A stretch of DNA of 64,000 bases from Camelus dromedarius (Eukaryota), in assembly GCF_036321535.1 (NCBI RefSeq), contig NC_087436.1:4836001-4900000 (forward strand), in the 5' to 3' direction. Shown here in pieces: positions 24,714 to 38,256 of this stretch. A model generated the notes under the pieces. The model was not told the DNA's origin and searched no databases. It saw only the letters and a list, made by a program, of their open reading frames with translations. How positions within the stretch are numbered: position 1 is the stretch's first letter; each line of letters begins with the position of its first letter. The translations under genes and the position numbers were made by a program.

Positions 24714-25212
24714 TGTCAACTGAAATAAAATGCACAAGCTAAATTTGAGAGTTATGTTTCATTCAACGGGCTTTCTGAGGACTTGAGCCCGGGACATCTC
24801 AGGTCACTCTAGGAGACAGCTCCCATAGAGGCAAGGGAGGGGTCTGGATTTATAGGATTTTTTGCAACAAAAACCAGGTAGTCAGATATCAAAAGATTGC
24901 TGTTAATTAAAGAAAACTAGACATCTCAAGTTAACGAATTTGGCGCTTTTCTGGGTATGAGAATGTGCAAAGGTCTGGGCTCATTGAAATCATTCCTTTG
25001 ATGTGCACCTAGCTGTCTAGGGCCAGTGTCCTGCTCGTTCCCATCCTGAGTCCCCTCAGGGGCACCGTCGGGGGTGCAGCAGAGGCCGCGCTGCCTGCTT
25101 GTCTGCACCTGAGCCCCCTCCGCTCACTGTCGGGGGTGGCAGTAGCGGCTGATGGCTTGATGGACGCAGCATCCTTTGTTTACTGATACTGCTTCAATGT
25201 TTCTCATTCACA
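24714..25212 (-). mobile_element. ERV1-class solo LTR, apparently full length, 4-bp TSD GTTT
   Basis: TG...CA termini (TGTCAAC...TTCACA); TSD GTTT at 24710-24713 and 25213-25216; homologous to 16135-16468. Confidence 0.9.
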
Positions 25213-25451
25213 GTTTCTATAGATAAGGCAACATCTTTTGTTTTTTCCTGAAAAGTTTATGTCCATAAATAGTCAAGGATGATAATCAGGGGCTTGTGAG
25301 CGAGCACTCGTATTTTTGGCAGCAAAAGTGGCCCGCGTGGGGAGATCTGAAATTTACTGATCTCGATAATCACCTCACTAAGTAGCCCCTAAAAATCCTC
25401 TCTCCTCCCCTGGCTGAGCCCAAATGGAGTTGAAAACACGTGGTAGTGTTT

Positions 25452-25850
25452 TACTTCATTCACTTACAGGAATTTATGTCACCTGTCATGTGGTAGACTG
25501 TCTGGATATCTTGGAAAACAATCAGGTAAAAGCCATCGACCCTGCCTTTAGGGACACCGGCATGGAATGGGAGGAAAACACATTACACAGAGGACTACGA
25601 TGCTGCGTGGAAATGTATATGGTGACATATGGAAGTCAGTGCGGGTGAAGGTGACGGAGCCTTCTTTGAAGATGTCATAGCTAACCTGAATTCTGAAACA
25701 TAAATCGGAATTATATCCTTGAAAGTTGAGAATAATTTTCTCCTAGGAGGAGAGAAGGAACAGCAGGTGCAAAAACTTAGAAGCAAGAAAAACCAGGACA
25801 GGTCAAGGAACAGGAGCTAGTTCATGCTGGCTGGAACGTAGCAGGAGGGC
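25452..25850 (-). mobile_element. L2 LINE 3' fragment
   Basis: TTCATTCAC...CCTGCC...CTGAATTCTGAA...GGAACAGCAGGTGCAAAAACTTAGAAGCAAGAAA...GCTGGAACGTAG, typical antisense L2. Confidence 0.65.
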
Positions 25851-25902
25851 CAGGGAGGACGGGGGTTAACTGGAGAAGCGGGTCCGGGCTGGCTGGATCC
25901 GG

Positions 25903-26113
25903 GGCGGGTCGGCCCCCGGCTGATGCACACCAGACCTGAAGCCCAGATTCGTGGATGAAACTTGCCGGAAACACCGCCATGCGCATTTATTCCCACGTGC
26001 ACCCTGGCTTCCAGTGCCGCATCCGCAGGGTTGAGTAGCTTCATCAGTGACCATGTGTCCTCAGACCCTGAGATATTCACAAAGTGGCTGCCCTTTTGCT
26101 GAGTTTTTGGCTG
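25903..26113 (+). mobile_element. MER58A-like hAT-Charlie element
   Basis: GGAAACACCGCCATGCGCATTTATT...GCAGGGTTGAGTAGCTTCATCAGTGACCATGTGTCC...GATATTCAC...GCCCTTT. Confidence 0.6.
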
Positions 26114-27664
26114 GATGACATAGAACCAATAAACACCTTTCTAAAAATGTTTGCATTTTACCCTGAAGAAAACAAAAATGTAAAAAACCAGTTAAATAAC
26201 CCTACCCACAGGAGCTAGGCTGCATTGTGCAGAAGGCAAGGGCAGCTGGTGAAGACGGGGCAGGACACCAGCTGCGAGGCTGCACGTGAAATGTTATGTG
26301 TGTACAAAAGATGCTCCGGGTTATCACAACGGAAGTGCTCTTTATCTCTGATCTAGAATATCCGAATCAATTTCTCATGAGTAGCTGTGTGCTTAGAAAA
26401 GTCCTTCTGGAAATCTCACAGATTTGTGGAGAAGCTCTCAGTAAGACATCGCCCACCTCTCGACCCTTACAAAGACAGGAGAAGAGTCATCACATGCGAT
26501 TCCAGACCTAATTACAAATATAAACCCCTCTTGGGCCACAGAAATAGCATAGCCGTGAAGTCATCATTTTAAGGAAATTCCCTACTTTGTTTCCTTTACT
26601 TGAATGTAACATGTGGTGGTTCCACCGCCCAGAGCTTATAAATCCTTCTGATTCCTTATTTGGAAGTATCCTTCTGAGTCAAAACCAGACCATAAATTCT
26701 GTAATGGTACAGACTAAACAAGCAGCTCCCGCTCCCACCACCCGACCGGGGGAACCATGCTCCCCTCTTGGTAACTGAGGGGAAGATAAATATCCCAGCC
26801 CAAATCGGGGCAGAAACCTGAAGCCCTTCTGACTCGATATGCTTAACTTTGGATGGCATTCAATGTCAAGCTGATAAAGGCACAGATTTTATCTTTTATG
26901 GTAGTCATTTTCTCTTGATGGTAAAATCATTTTCCTTTGTAGGACTCTGTTATGATAAAGAGGGCTTTTCCTTCTGTCTTCCCATGTGCTCCACAAAGAA
27001 AACAAATATTCAAGGAAGCGATGTCGTAAAAGGGCCTGTGTGTGGTCTGGGGCCCGCTGAATGCAGATCAGAGGGCTCCGTGGGACTTTGAGAGATGGGT
27101 CAGCTCGTTCCACAACCGCCAGACAGGACTGCACCTAAACCCTCTCGCATAGACCAGTGCATAGCGTCTGGGTCAGACACTCGACGAGTCAGCGGGAATG
27201 GCTGCCAGTGCGTTTATTCCCAGGTCTGCGTCTCACTGAAATCCTGCTCTGGTCAGGGAGATCCAGTCTTACTCTGGGCCTTACGTGGAGACCCTGTGAT
27301 AGTTAATGCTTGCTATGAATAATTAACACTCCCATCTTTGAGCTGTTAATTATAATTAATAGCATGGGAATCAGTGATCTTGTTGGATAAGACACTTCAA
27401 ATACTGGCAGAACCTTTCAGAATGAAAAGGCATACCAGCATAGAGAAGGAAGGTCCCAGTTTCCATGTCTGTGCACCTTTGCGGGTGACTGGGTGGGCCT
27501 GTGGGAACAGAGCAGGGTATCCAAGTGTAGGAGTCATGGTCTCAATGTATTTTTTTAAATCATGATGCATGGAACTTTATATGGGAGAGAAAAATATTCA
27601 TATTAGCTTATATTTGCAAGCTGATTTGATGGACACAGTAAGTGGAGAGCAAGGAAACACATTC

Positions 27665-27963
27665 TTTTTCTTTTTCCTTCCTTTTTTATTGGGATATAGT
27701 TGATTAACCATGTTGTATTGGTTTCTGGTATACAATAGTGATTCAGTTTTATATACATATATATTCCTTTTCATATTCTTTTTCATTACAGTTTAATACA
27801 AGATATTTAATACAGTTCCCTGTGCCTCACAGTAGCACCTTGTCATTTATCTGTTTTATATATAGTGGTGTGTATCTGCTAATCCCGAACTCCCAGTTCA
27901 TCCCTCATCCCCCGTTTCCCTGGTAACCGTAAGTTTGTTTTCTATGTCTGCGAGTCTGTTTCT
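27665..27963 (-). mobile_element. L1 3' UTR fragment with 11-bp TSD
   Basis: TSD GAAACACATTC at 27654-27664 and 27964-27974; reverse-complement homolog of 5611-5890. Confidence 0.9.
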
Positions 27964-29697
27964 GAAACACATTCATTTTTCAAGAACGTACATTTGAGGC
28001 TCACTTCTAGTGATCAGCAGGCAGCAACCTTGTTTTGAATTTTCCCCGTGAAAACGATCCTCCTCAGTGGAACACAAGGGCCCTCTAGGCTCCTTGTTTA
28101 TGAAGTGATGCTACGAACCTGGCCAGTAAGCAAAGGTGACCAAGGGGTCCGACCTGCGCCTTCAAGGTCTCACTGCTGGAGATTCGTTCACAGCCAAACC
28201 TCAGAAACCGACACGTCACCATTTCTGCAACCCAGTCACTGTGTTCAGCTGCCACGGGTAGGCGGGCGATGTGGAGTCAGGAGTGGTTTAGATGCTCCCA
28301 ATTACGCTGTGCAAATGAAATTAAAAGTTCAAAGTCCCCAGCTGCCTGTAAAGTGAGTGGATAAGTGGAGAGAAAGCTGTGGCAGTTTGCTTTGAAGTTT
28401 GTTTTATTTGCCTGTGCATCTTAAAGAGTTGAACTTAATGGGAAAATTTGCTTACTATTCTGTTTTTTTTTTAATAGGGCAATGCAGCCTGGGTCAAAAA
28501 CACAGTTTATATTGGACTACATTCTTTCCAAAGAGCTGGATTGGAGTATGTTCACTTAACCCCCCAAACACAGTCACACGTATCACCCCCCCGCCACACA
28601 CACATATGCATAAGTTGATATATTTGAATCCTAGAGGTGAACTGAATTTTCACATTCACCTTGACCACCCTGAGTCAGTTCTTGAGTTTTGCTGCCATGG
28701 CAACCATCCCTCACATGCGGCGGGCCCCCCACCCTAAAAATCTTTAAGGGAGAGAGGTCAGAAGTTGCATTTTCACGAGGTTAGAAGGGACAAGAATTAC
28801 ACAATCAGATTCCAGGAAATTAATAAGCGAGCCCAGTAAATACAATCTAATGGGTCATTTAATTGAAAACAATAGAAGAGAGTTTCCCTTTTGCAGCAGA
28901 ATTACATGCTTCAATATGGAAGCGATCTCAGAGCTGGAGCTGATGGCATTTTTCAAAGAGAATGATCGGATAAATATTGGAAGTGCCTCATTAAAAATAT
29001 TTGGCTCTAGAAATGACTGCTGATGTTTTATTTGGTGGGGGGGGGTGGATATGAGGGAGGAAGGGGAAAACACCCAGCAGTAACCTGACATCGCTTTCAA
29101 CGTGCCTGCTTTGTAGTTTATTCTGTAAGTGAAACATGAGACAGACCCTAGAGGCACTGTATGAAAATACTTCAAGCATTTCTTTGTTTCGCTGGGAAAT
29201 GAGCTCACCTTTCCCCGGTCCCTCTGCCTGTGGTGGGAGTGTTACCCCTTTTCACCCCTGCTTCTGCGTTCTGATAGATTTTCCAAGTTAAAATCTAACA
29301 CTTTCTTTGGATTTTCCCCAAATGGAACACAGTTTGTCTTTCTAGCACAAACCTGTGCTCTCTGAAGAGCACATCAAAGATCTCTCGCCAACTCCCAGAA
29401 CTTCCCGGGGAGGCGGGGGCTCTGGCGTCTGCGGGAGAGAATGCTGTGCTGTGAAATATGAGCCCCATCTCTAAGAGAGCGGGGCAGGGTCCCGGCAGGA
29501 ACCAAAGTTTCCTGACTCCCCACCCAAGTCCCCGTGCCTGATCCGTGGCCACCCCCATGAAAACAGTAGCAAAGACAGACAGGGGAGGAACTGGGCTCTG
29601 AAAATGGTGACTTTCCCTAAGATGCAGATGGTAAAAGAAAAAAAAACAAAAAACAAAAAGAAAGCCTTTCAGTGTTATACAATCTTTTCAACTGCAC

Positions 29698-29703
29698 TTT
29701 ATT

Positions 29704-29766
<63 letters not shown>

Positions 29767-29974
29767 TTTTTTTATTGCAGTGTAGTCAGTTTACAACGTG
29801 GTGTCGATTTCCGGCGTACAGCGTCATGGCTCAGTCATACGTGTGCACACATGGTCTCCCTTTCGCAGTCTTTTTCATTATGGGCTCTCACAAGATACTG
29901 AATATAGTTCCCTGTGCTCTACAGCGTGAACTTGCTGTTTGTCTATTTTATGTATATTAGTTAGTATCTGCAAA
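29698..29974 (-). mobile_element. L1 3' end with (ATTT)n tail microsatellite
   Basis: (TTTA)n at 29705-29770, then TTATTGCAGTGTAGTCAGTTTACAA...CACAAGATACTGAATATAGTTCCCTGTGCT. Confidence 0.9.
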
Positions 29975-32472
29975 ACTAGAATTTTAATGTGACGAGCTAA
30001 TACACCTTCAGTAAATGGGAGTGACTTTTTATGCCTTTTGGTATTGTGGCATATTTAAGTTTGATAATTTCAGGCCAAAAGTAGTTACTACTACCAACAC
30101 ACATACACAAACAACATGACTTTTTCTTCGTATAAACTAAATATATCTGCTTTATGTTTGTATATGTGTGTTTCTTTTCAAGACTGTAGATTACTTTCAA
30201 CCAAAATTGGCTGTATTGTACTTTATTCAGTGGAGCTATAAACATATTGCTCAAATATCCATATTTTTAAATTATTTCAACCATGTTGTATACCATTCAC
30301 TCAAAATTTAGACCATGTTTCTAGAAATGAGTACAACTTACTTCAGTTTTGCTAAGATAGTAAACTAACAGGGAAGGAAATACAGAGGATATAAAATTTC
30401 AAAGGTCAATGTGGGTTGGAACAGTATCTTTACCACATAAAGTCACATACCCTAATCTTGTTCATCCGTTACATCTTAGTTGTTCCTGTTAGAATTGTAT
30501 TCTCTTCCACTTGTTTCAGAGTTAAATGACCTTTAGTTTTTATTAAAATGTTGTCTATTAAGATCCAGAAAATGTCAGTGAAACTTACCGACTACACATC
30601 TGTCACCGCTTTGAACCTCCGTATCCACGGTGACAATATTTTTAATCTTTCAGGATGGTGGGCTTTACAGCAATTTTCTCAGGGCTGATTTCACGCCCCT
30701 GCAGGCTGAGTGGTGGCAAACATGCAGATCGGACCAGCACTGGAATTCAATGGTCAGGCTTTGAGAATTATTAACACTATCACTACTTGTGTGAAATTGG
30801 CAAGGTCTTTAATGATTCTGAGACAAGCTGTGTGAGGTGATCACGAAGACCTTACTAGGTGGCTCTTTGAAACGATATTGCTTGAAAAATGACTGAATAA
30901 CGTGCAAAACCATAGCACACGTTACATCTTATTCCTGGTACTGTCAACGGAGGGGCCCTGTTTACCTAACATAATGCTTTCCAAAGTGGTCCAATGATAC
31001 CTTACAAAACATGTTTTCAAAATAATTTTCACGGTTACACAGGTTTGGAAAATACTGTATTTCATAGCCCTGCTTAAAAGAGTTCTGTATCACGGTGCAT
31101 GGAATGCTCCAAGATGTACTGTGGAAAAGGAAACTATTTTATATCGTTTAATTCAGGCTTTTGGGACTTACTTGCTCTAGAAATCTTCTGTATAATACTT
31201 CTCATATTCATTTAACTTATGGGGCCAACAAACGGCGAAATTAAATACCCGAAGATAACTATCATACAGAAATCAAAATAGTTTACATCAATTACAGTCT
31301 GGATTTGTATAGAGATTTGACTTTTAAACTTAGAGACATTTACCATCACAAGCCCAGGAAACACACATGGAGAGTATCCTGACCAACTTATCTGCTGGTG
31401 AGGAGCCGAGGTGTCTGTGTATCGTTCAGATGGACAGAGTGAGGCGTCCAATTATGGAAAGACCCCCAGGCAGGGTGGGCTGCAGGGAATGCATTCTGAA
31501 GGAAGTTAGACAAATGATCAGCCACATGGGGTGGAAAGAGAGTCCCCATTAAAGCAAACGAAATGCAATGTTCCAGAGGAGACAGGCAAGTCCCGGGGTG
31601 AGGGTGGTGACAGCAAGCAAATGAACTAGATGTGGCATCGCAGGCTGGGAACAAGGAGGGAAAGCTCAATGCGACGGAGTGAAAATCGAATCTTTGGGGT
31701 CAGACCAGCTCTGGAAACCGCTGTTTTTCATGGAACTTAAAGATCAAAACATCTACGGCATTGAATCAGCAGTCACCTCTGTTCACAATTCATCATAAGT
31801 TATCCTTCCCTTTAAGTACTAATTATTCCTGTCTAGACATTCAGCGAGTTATGTGTATGGTTTGGGGAAGGCTTGATAAATATTTTGAGTCTGCTCCGGA
31901 GCATGAAACAGACAGCCTTTGTGTGGTTTCCCAGCCAGCTGGTGAGAGTGACATGAAAAGCACGCAGCGGTGTTTTCACAAGAGTTATCCTTGAACACCC
32001 ATCGTCCCCCACACACAGGCTTTCCTTTTACGAATCCACCTGCTCTCCCGAAGCCTTACTTCTGGGAAGACTTCCAGCACTTCTGGTTTTGAATAATGAC
32101 AGCAGAATGCCAAGGAGTGAATTCCATGTAGCCTCACTTAACATCATACATCACATGTCAAGGTGAATCATTAGAAAGATAAATCATCAGAGATTCAAAC
32201 ACTTGTTTTTCAGCATATTTCACATCAGTAGACCATAAAAAGCCTTCATGATACAATACGTGTATTTTTTTTTTTTTAGCCTCCATGAAATCTGAGCCTT
32301 GGAGTAATTCAGATGAAGCTGTGGTGAGGTTTACAGAGCTTGTTGACAGAGTAATAAAAATAAATAAAAGATAAAAACAAAGGGAAAGTGTGTTGTGTAT
32401 CAAAAAATAAGATATTTTTAATACATTAAAGAATATTCACCATGACTATTCATAAACCTAAAAAAAAAATTA

Positions 32473-32632
32473 AGGGTAATGATAGCTTAGTGGTAGAGCA
32501 CATGCTTAGCATGCACGAAGTCCTGGACTCAAAATAAAACAAAACAAAACAAAAAAATTAAAAACAAACAAGAAACAAAACAAAGAAAACCCCAAAACTA
32601 AACCCCTACCCCCAAAAAGAATTGTAAAATTT
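32473..32632 (+). mobile_element. Vic-1-type SINE (first of a tandem pair)
   Basis: GATAGCTTAGTGGTAGAGCACATGCTTAGCATGCACGAAGTCCTGGACTCAA plus A-rich tail. Confidence 0.85.
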
Positions 32633-32635
32633 TAA

Positions 32636-32778
32636 GGGGAAGGGAGAACTCAAGTGGTAGAACACGTGCTTAGCATGCACAAGGTCTTGGGTTCAATCCC
32701 CAATACCTCCATTAAAAACAAAAACAAAAACAAACTACCTGCCCTGCAAAAAAATTAAAAAAAAAATTTTTAAAAAAC
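32636..32778 (+). mobile_element. Vic-1-type SINE (second of a tandem pair)
   Basis: GGGGAAGGGAGAACTCAAGTGGTAGAACACGTGCTTAGCATGCACAAGGTCTTGGGTTCAATCCCCAATACCTCC plus A-rich tail. Confidence 0.9.
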
Positions 32779-34659
32779 ACGTCTCTGGTAAGGCATAGTA
32801 TTATAGAACCTGTATTTGGCAATTTGCTTCTGGCTTGTGAGTCCTGTTCCCATAAGTGCTTCGCAATAATATAATTCTGTTTCCATGACATATTCCGTTA
32901 TCTTTTGTTCTTTCCAATTCCAATACATCTTCATCAATTATTCTGAATGAATTAAGTAGAACTTCTTTTCAGGTGTTTCCCAAACCAGTCGTACAAGGAA
33001 ATTTCACACGAATTTGAAGAATTATTGTAGAAACTAAGAACTGATGTGGCGTCCATGCTGGTTTTGGTCAGGTGTGTTCTTCCAGGAAGCCAGGCTGGGT
33101 CCCCCCGTGAGCAGCTTTTAGACAGTAGGCTCCCAGAGTTATTCCTAGCAAGCCGTATAGAAGTGAGGGGTCCAAACTGTGAACCCAGCTTCTTTAATGG
33201 CATCTCTATCATCCTAGGAAAGTAAAGCAGCTTTTCAGCTATTCTGATACTAATGGTGTGACTGAGGCAGTGTTTACCCACGGGCCACACTAACCCATCT
33301 GTCCCCAAGATTTGGTCCTCAACGCGAACGGGCACAAGTCCTTGGCTGTGTTCTTGCCACACTTCCAGCTTCTGGTGTATTTAATTATTTACCCTTTCCT
33401 TCCATAAAGGATGCGCACTGGCTTTCAAATCTCAAAGTAAAGAGGGGGCAAGGCCAGATGAAGGCGGGAGTGGGGCTCGCGCGTCAGCCAGTGTGGTGAA
33501 CGTGCATGGGGTCTCCTGCCATTTCTGCAGGAGGACGTCGCTTCTGGCCCCGGGTCGCCTAGGAACAAGACAGATGGAGGCCAAGCTGTTACTCAGAACA
33601 CCGGGAGGATGCGCAGCAAGGAGCAGCAGACAACAGCCTTGACAGCATCGCAACTTCACACGTAGTATTGAATTTGATACGATTTTTGGAGCGTTTCTCA
33701 GTGAGGCCATTGATTAAGATAAAGGCAGTTCTACAACCTTCCAAATAGACTCCTACCCTTGCTTTAAGCCACGACCCTGCAAGAAAGGAATTTCCTGCGA
33801 ATCTCATGTTTTCCCTTTCCGGCTCCCTTAGAAGCCAGAGAAATTATTTATGCAATTAGCTATTCCTTTGACACCATCGAATCAGCATCGAAAAGCTTCA
33901 TTATAAAATATAATCAGTGCGAAAAAGTATTGAAAATAGATTCCCTGGGAGTTGTGCAAAACGTGTGCAAATTATAACAATATTTATTTTAACTGGTCTA
34001 TTTAAACTAGGTTAAATAATTGTTTTCCTTAAGCAGTTTTTAAGCTCAATTTTGATGTTTTTATCTGCATTTCAAAATTTAATAAAGAACTAAAAGATGT
34101 GAAAATTTCCTGCCAAACGATGGGCATTCTGTTCTTATTCTCAAGGGAATTTTACAGAGACTTTTCTGACACTCAAAATCCAATTTTTGGCGTATTTTCC
34201 TCATTAACGTTTGTCTCATAAGTCTCCATCTGTAAAATGGAAGAAAATTTGGCTTCTGAGGTATTTCTCTTTCTTCATCTAAAAGCCTTTAAAAGATAAT
34301 GGATTATGTAACATGCAAATCTTTCACATTTAGCAGAAAAAAAAAAATTGTAGGAGCCAGGCTTCCTGCTGCTGTTCACTTTAGAGGATTACTTACAAAT
34401 AAATCTAGCTTTTCTTGGTGTTTGAATAATTATTTTCAAAGACATGGATTGACTTCAGTCATTTTTTATCTACATAATAACTGCTTAGAGTAAATCTTCC
34501 TGAATATCTCTGAATAGCAGTTCTTGAAAATTGGGATCAAACTGATGGCTAAAAAGAATGGAATTATATAAGTTTCCTTGTATGATTTTATAGGGCTTGA
34601 AAATGTGCTTTCTGTCAGTTCTTGGGATTCAGAGATGCAGAAATAAATGCCACCAGGAA

Positions 34660-35250
34660 ACAGTATACTTGAGATGCCACGGTCCCCACCCTGCCCTCAT
34701 GCCCTGCGGATGCAGTGGGTCTAGTAGCCATGTTGTGGTCTCTGACACTGCCTTTCCCTTTGTACAACCAGTTGGTCCAATGTTCTACACCTGATCCATG
34801 CTTAGCCAATTTAGTAGACTGAACATCTTACCTATAACCTATTATCTGTGACCCAATAGGAAATGCAGTTGGACGATCTTATCTAGTGGTCATGCATTTG
34901 AACTGAGAAACATACCAAGAGTTTCGTCAACGTGAAGAGAGAGTTGAAACAAAACAGTTATGAGGAAGGAAGGGACTCTAAGGAGCCAAAGTGAAATAGG
35001 AGCCAAATTACAAGGGAGTGAATAACACATGTGAGCAGGTGAAGGTGTGCAGGGAAACTGATGAGACAGGAACAGAAAAGATTAGGTGGCTCACACAGAA
35101 CTGATGGGTGATTCTGTCCACATGGATACGTTGATTCTGTTTGACCCAATAGTTGCAGTTGCTTATGCAGACATATTCCTAAATCCTCATTTGCTCGAAC
35201 CTCCTGCAGAAAGTCTCTATATTTTAGAGCCCAAAGAGCTTGGCAGCAGA
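34660..35250 (+). mobile_element. Possible ancient ERVL LTR (LTR16-like)
   Basis: CACCTGATCCATGCTTAGCCAAT and a terminal ...CCAAAGAGCTTGGC resemble LTR16-family motifs; very diverged. Confidence 0.35.
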
Positions 35251-37515
35251 TAAGCAGGCATTGGGGAATGTGATCCAACGGGAAATGCAGGTGACAGAAA
35301 GTCAGATGATTACAAAAGAAAGTTAAGAATGACGTACGTGGTCAGGAGGAGGAGTGTCTGGGAAACCCCAACAACGAGAGAGACATGGTGATGGAGAATG
35401 TGGTGCGGACTGTTCTGGGAATCGGAACTCTGAAGCAGATTCCACCTCCAAACCCTGAGGAGACCCTCCCAGGATTGCAGCTTCTTGGAGGAGAAGTGAC
35501 AGAAGAAAAGAAGAGCCAGGTCCTTATATGAAAGGTCATTGGAACAAAAATCATAAGAGCAAACAGACAGACATCCAGGGATGAGCTCTGGGTACACGGA
35601 AGAGAGTTAGACTTGGGAATTCACAGTTGGGACCAAAATGGCAAGGCAGCCTCAGAAGCTGAGTTTCCAAGCAGAGACACTGAAGGAGGAAACTGGCTTC
35701 TGAAGCTGGTGATGGGGGTCTGCATGAGGGAGATTTAAAACGTTAAACAGCCTGAGAGGTCAGAGGTCAGCATTTCAAAGGCGAAGGCTGAGTGGGCTTG
35801 ACTCTCGCAGGAGGACCAGAAGGTGGGCGTGCTCTTCTGGGTTCCAAAGGGCTCCCTGGAAGGGTTCTTCAGCCTGCAAGTCTCCGCCTGGGGGGCCTCC
35901 CAGACACACATTCTTTAATCTCTTGCTCTGTCTCTCTCAGTGGTTTGCTCTGAATCTTGGCTTTGCTCACTACCCACACCAGTAATGGTCCCGGTTTCCT
36001 TTCCTGAGCTCAGCTGGTCCCAGAGAGACCGGCCACATCTCTCTGCCTGTGACTCAGACTTGCTCCTGCCCCACAGAAGTCTTCCCGGTCCTGGGATGGG
36101 GGAGGTGGGTGAGGCGACACCGACCTGGCAGCCTACAGGGATCTCAGCGCTAAAAGCACAGCTTCAGCCAGAAGGAGGTGAGCAAGGGTGCCTCGGCCAC
36201 GGGAACAGAGTTACTGGAATGGTCTGGAGTCTTCCAGCCCAATCGGTCTGATGTCTTGGAAAACCAAGGGCACGCCCTGAATGTGGGGGGGAGGTGCTGG
36301 GGAGTTAGGGAATCAATGCTTGGGCACCGTGGCAGGTCTAGTTAATGAGTACTCAGTAATCAAATGGTAAATATGTGTGATCAGAAAAATAAAAAATATA
36401 AAAAGATCTAAAACGAGAAGCAGTGATCTGTAGGCGTACCGCAGTTTTCCCTTCATCTCAGTCTAAACGACCGCCACCAGCACGACAGTTAATGTGTCCT
36501 GAGTGATTGCTATTTCTTGCACAATGTTTGCAGTCATTCAGTAAAAGGCTGTTGCACACTATTACCCTTTGCACAGATGTTGACCGGGCAGTCAGTATCC
36601 CCAGCAAAGGTCAGATTTCAAAGCCTGTGCAGTCACCATTCGTATTTGTGTCACGTACACACATGTGCATATGAGTCAAATTCAATTCTAATGGAGTTTC
36701 CCTATCAAACATTACATCGGTCACAATACACATATTTTATTCTAAAAATGAAAAGTATAAAACCTCAACTTTAGTAGTTCAGGAATAAAGAAATTTAAAA
36801 AAAAATCTTATAATGATTTTAGAGTAAGTCACTTTCTAAATTTCTCTGATGTCTATGCTTGCTAGCAATTCATGATAAATAGACATTTAGAAATTATAAA
36901 CTATTTAGGTATTAGATACATAATTAGATCAGTTATTGACCTAATATTGATGGCTATTGGCTTTCCTCCCTACATCTTCATTAAACTCTTCTAAGAATGA
37001 AAGGAAATTATATTTCATGGCTAAAACATAATTAGAAAGTTTATTTCATCTCATAATTTCCTGATGATGTTACAATTTTACTTCATATGCAGACCTGCAA
37101 ATTGTCTGGCACCAACCACAGTGACAATGCCTGTATTAATTACAATAAGTTGTTCCTCCTACCAAAAAATAGCAAGAGGAATATCAAGAAAGATGTTAAA
37201 ATATCTTTCTTAGGGGATACTCAGTGACGACCGTATGGGCAATAATACTTTGTGACTGGCCAAATTTTAAAACGTGTGTTCCAGTGAGGGGCTCTGTCGT
37301 AAGTATGGACCTACTGTTCCTTATTTGTGTGTGATTTATACCCCTTTTTATGTTTACAAGAGCTCTTTGGGTACATTTTATAAACACGAGCCTTGTCTCC
37401 TTCAAAAGAAGCTTCTACTTGTTCATTTATTGTTGAGTCAACAGGAAAGTCAGCCAGAAGAGTTTATAAATATTTGTGGCCAGTTTGGAGAATAAGCACT
37501 AAAAGGACTATTTTA

Positions 37516-37522
37516 TTTATTT

Positions 37523-37555
<33 letters not shown>

Positions 37556-38256
37556 TTCATTCATTCATTTATTCATTTATTCATTTATATTGAAGTACAG
37601 TCAGTTACAGTGTGTCAGTTTCTGGTGTACAGCACAATGTCTCAGTCATACATATACATACATATATTTATATTCATATTATTTTTCATTAAAGGTTATT
37701 ACAAGGTATTAAATACAGTTCCCTGGGCTACACAGAAGAAATTTGCTTTTTTATCTATTTTTATATATAGTGGTTAACATTTGCAAATCTGAAGCTCTCA
37801 AATTTATCCCCTCCCACTCCGTTTCCCCTGGTAACCATAAGATTATCTACTGCATCTGCAAGTCTGTTTCTTTTGTAGATGAGTTCATTAGTGTCCTCTT
37901 TTTTCTTCTTTTTCCTCAAAAAACTAAAAATAGAGCTACCATATGATCCAGCAATCCCACTCCTGGGCATATATCCAGATGGAAATTCTAATTCAAAAAG
38001 ACACCTGCACCCCAATGTTCATAGCAGCACTATTTACAATAGCCAAGACATGGAAACAGCCTAAATGTCCATCAGCAGATGACTAGATAAAGAAGATGGG
38101 GCATATTTATACAATGGAACAGTACTCAGCCATAAAATAGAATAAAATAACGCCATTTGCAGCAACATGGGTGGACCTGGAGATTGTCATTCTAAGTGAA
38201 GTAAGCCAGACAGAGAAAGAAAAATACCATATGAGATCACTCATATGTGGAATCTA
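37516..38256 (-). mobile_element. L1 insertion with 5' inversion (twin-primed)
   Basis: 37516-37910 is an antisense 3' UTR with (ATTT/ATTC)n tail; 37911-38260 is sense ORF2 end (IELPYDPAIPLLGIYP); degenerate TSD AAAAG(G/C)ACTA(T/C)TTTA at 37501-37515 and 38257-38271. Confidence 0.9.

Noticed and set aside
29604..29960. Hydrophobic ORF with YLFI repeats
   Set aside because: Translation of an (ATTT)n L1 tail
32473..32712. tRNA-like sequences (also near 14840, 42355, 53375 and 54065)
   Set aside because: SINE heads with A-rich tails and TSDs; no intact cloverleaf or acceptor stem
32952..33710. 136-aa ORF and acceptor-like sites at 32972 and 33530
   Set aside because: Peptides unrecognisable; the frames I read after the acceptors hit stops, with no convincing donor
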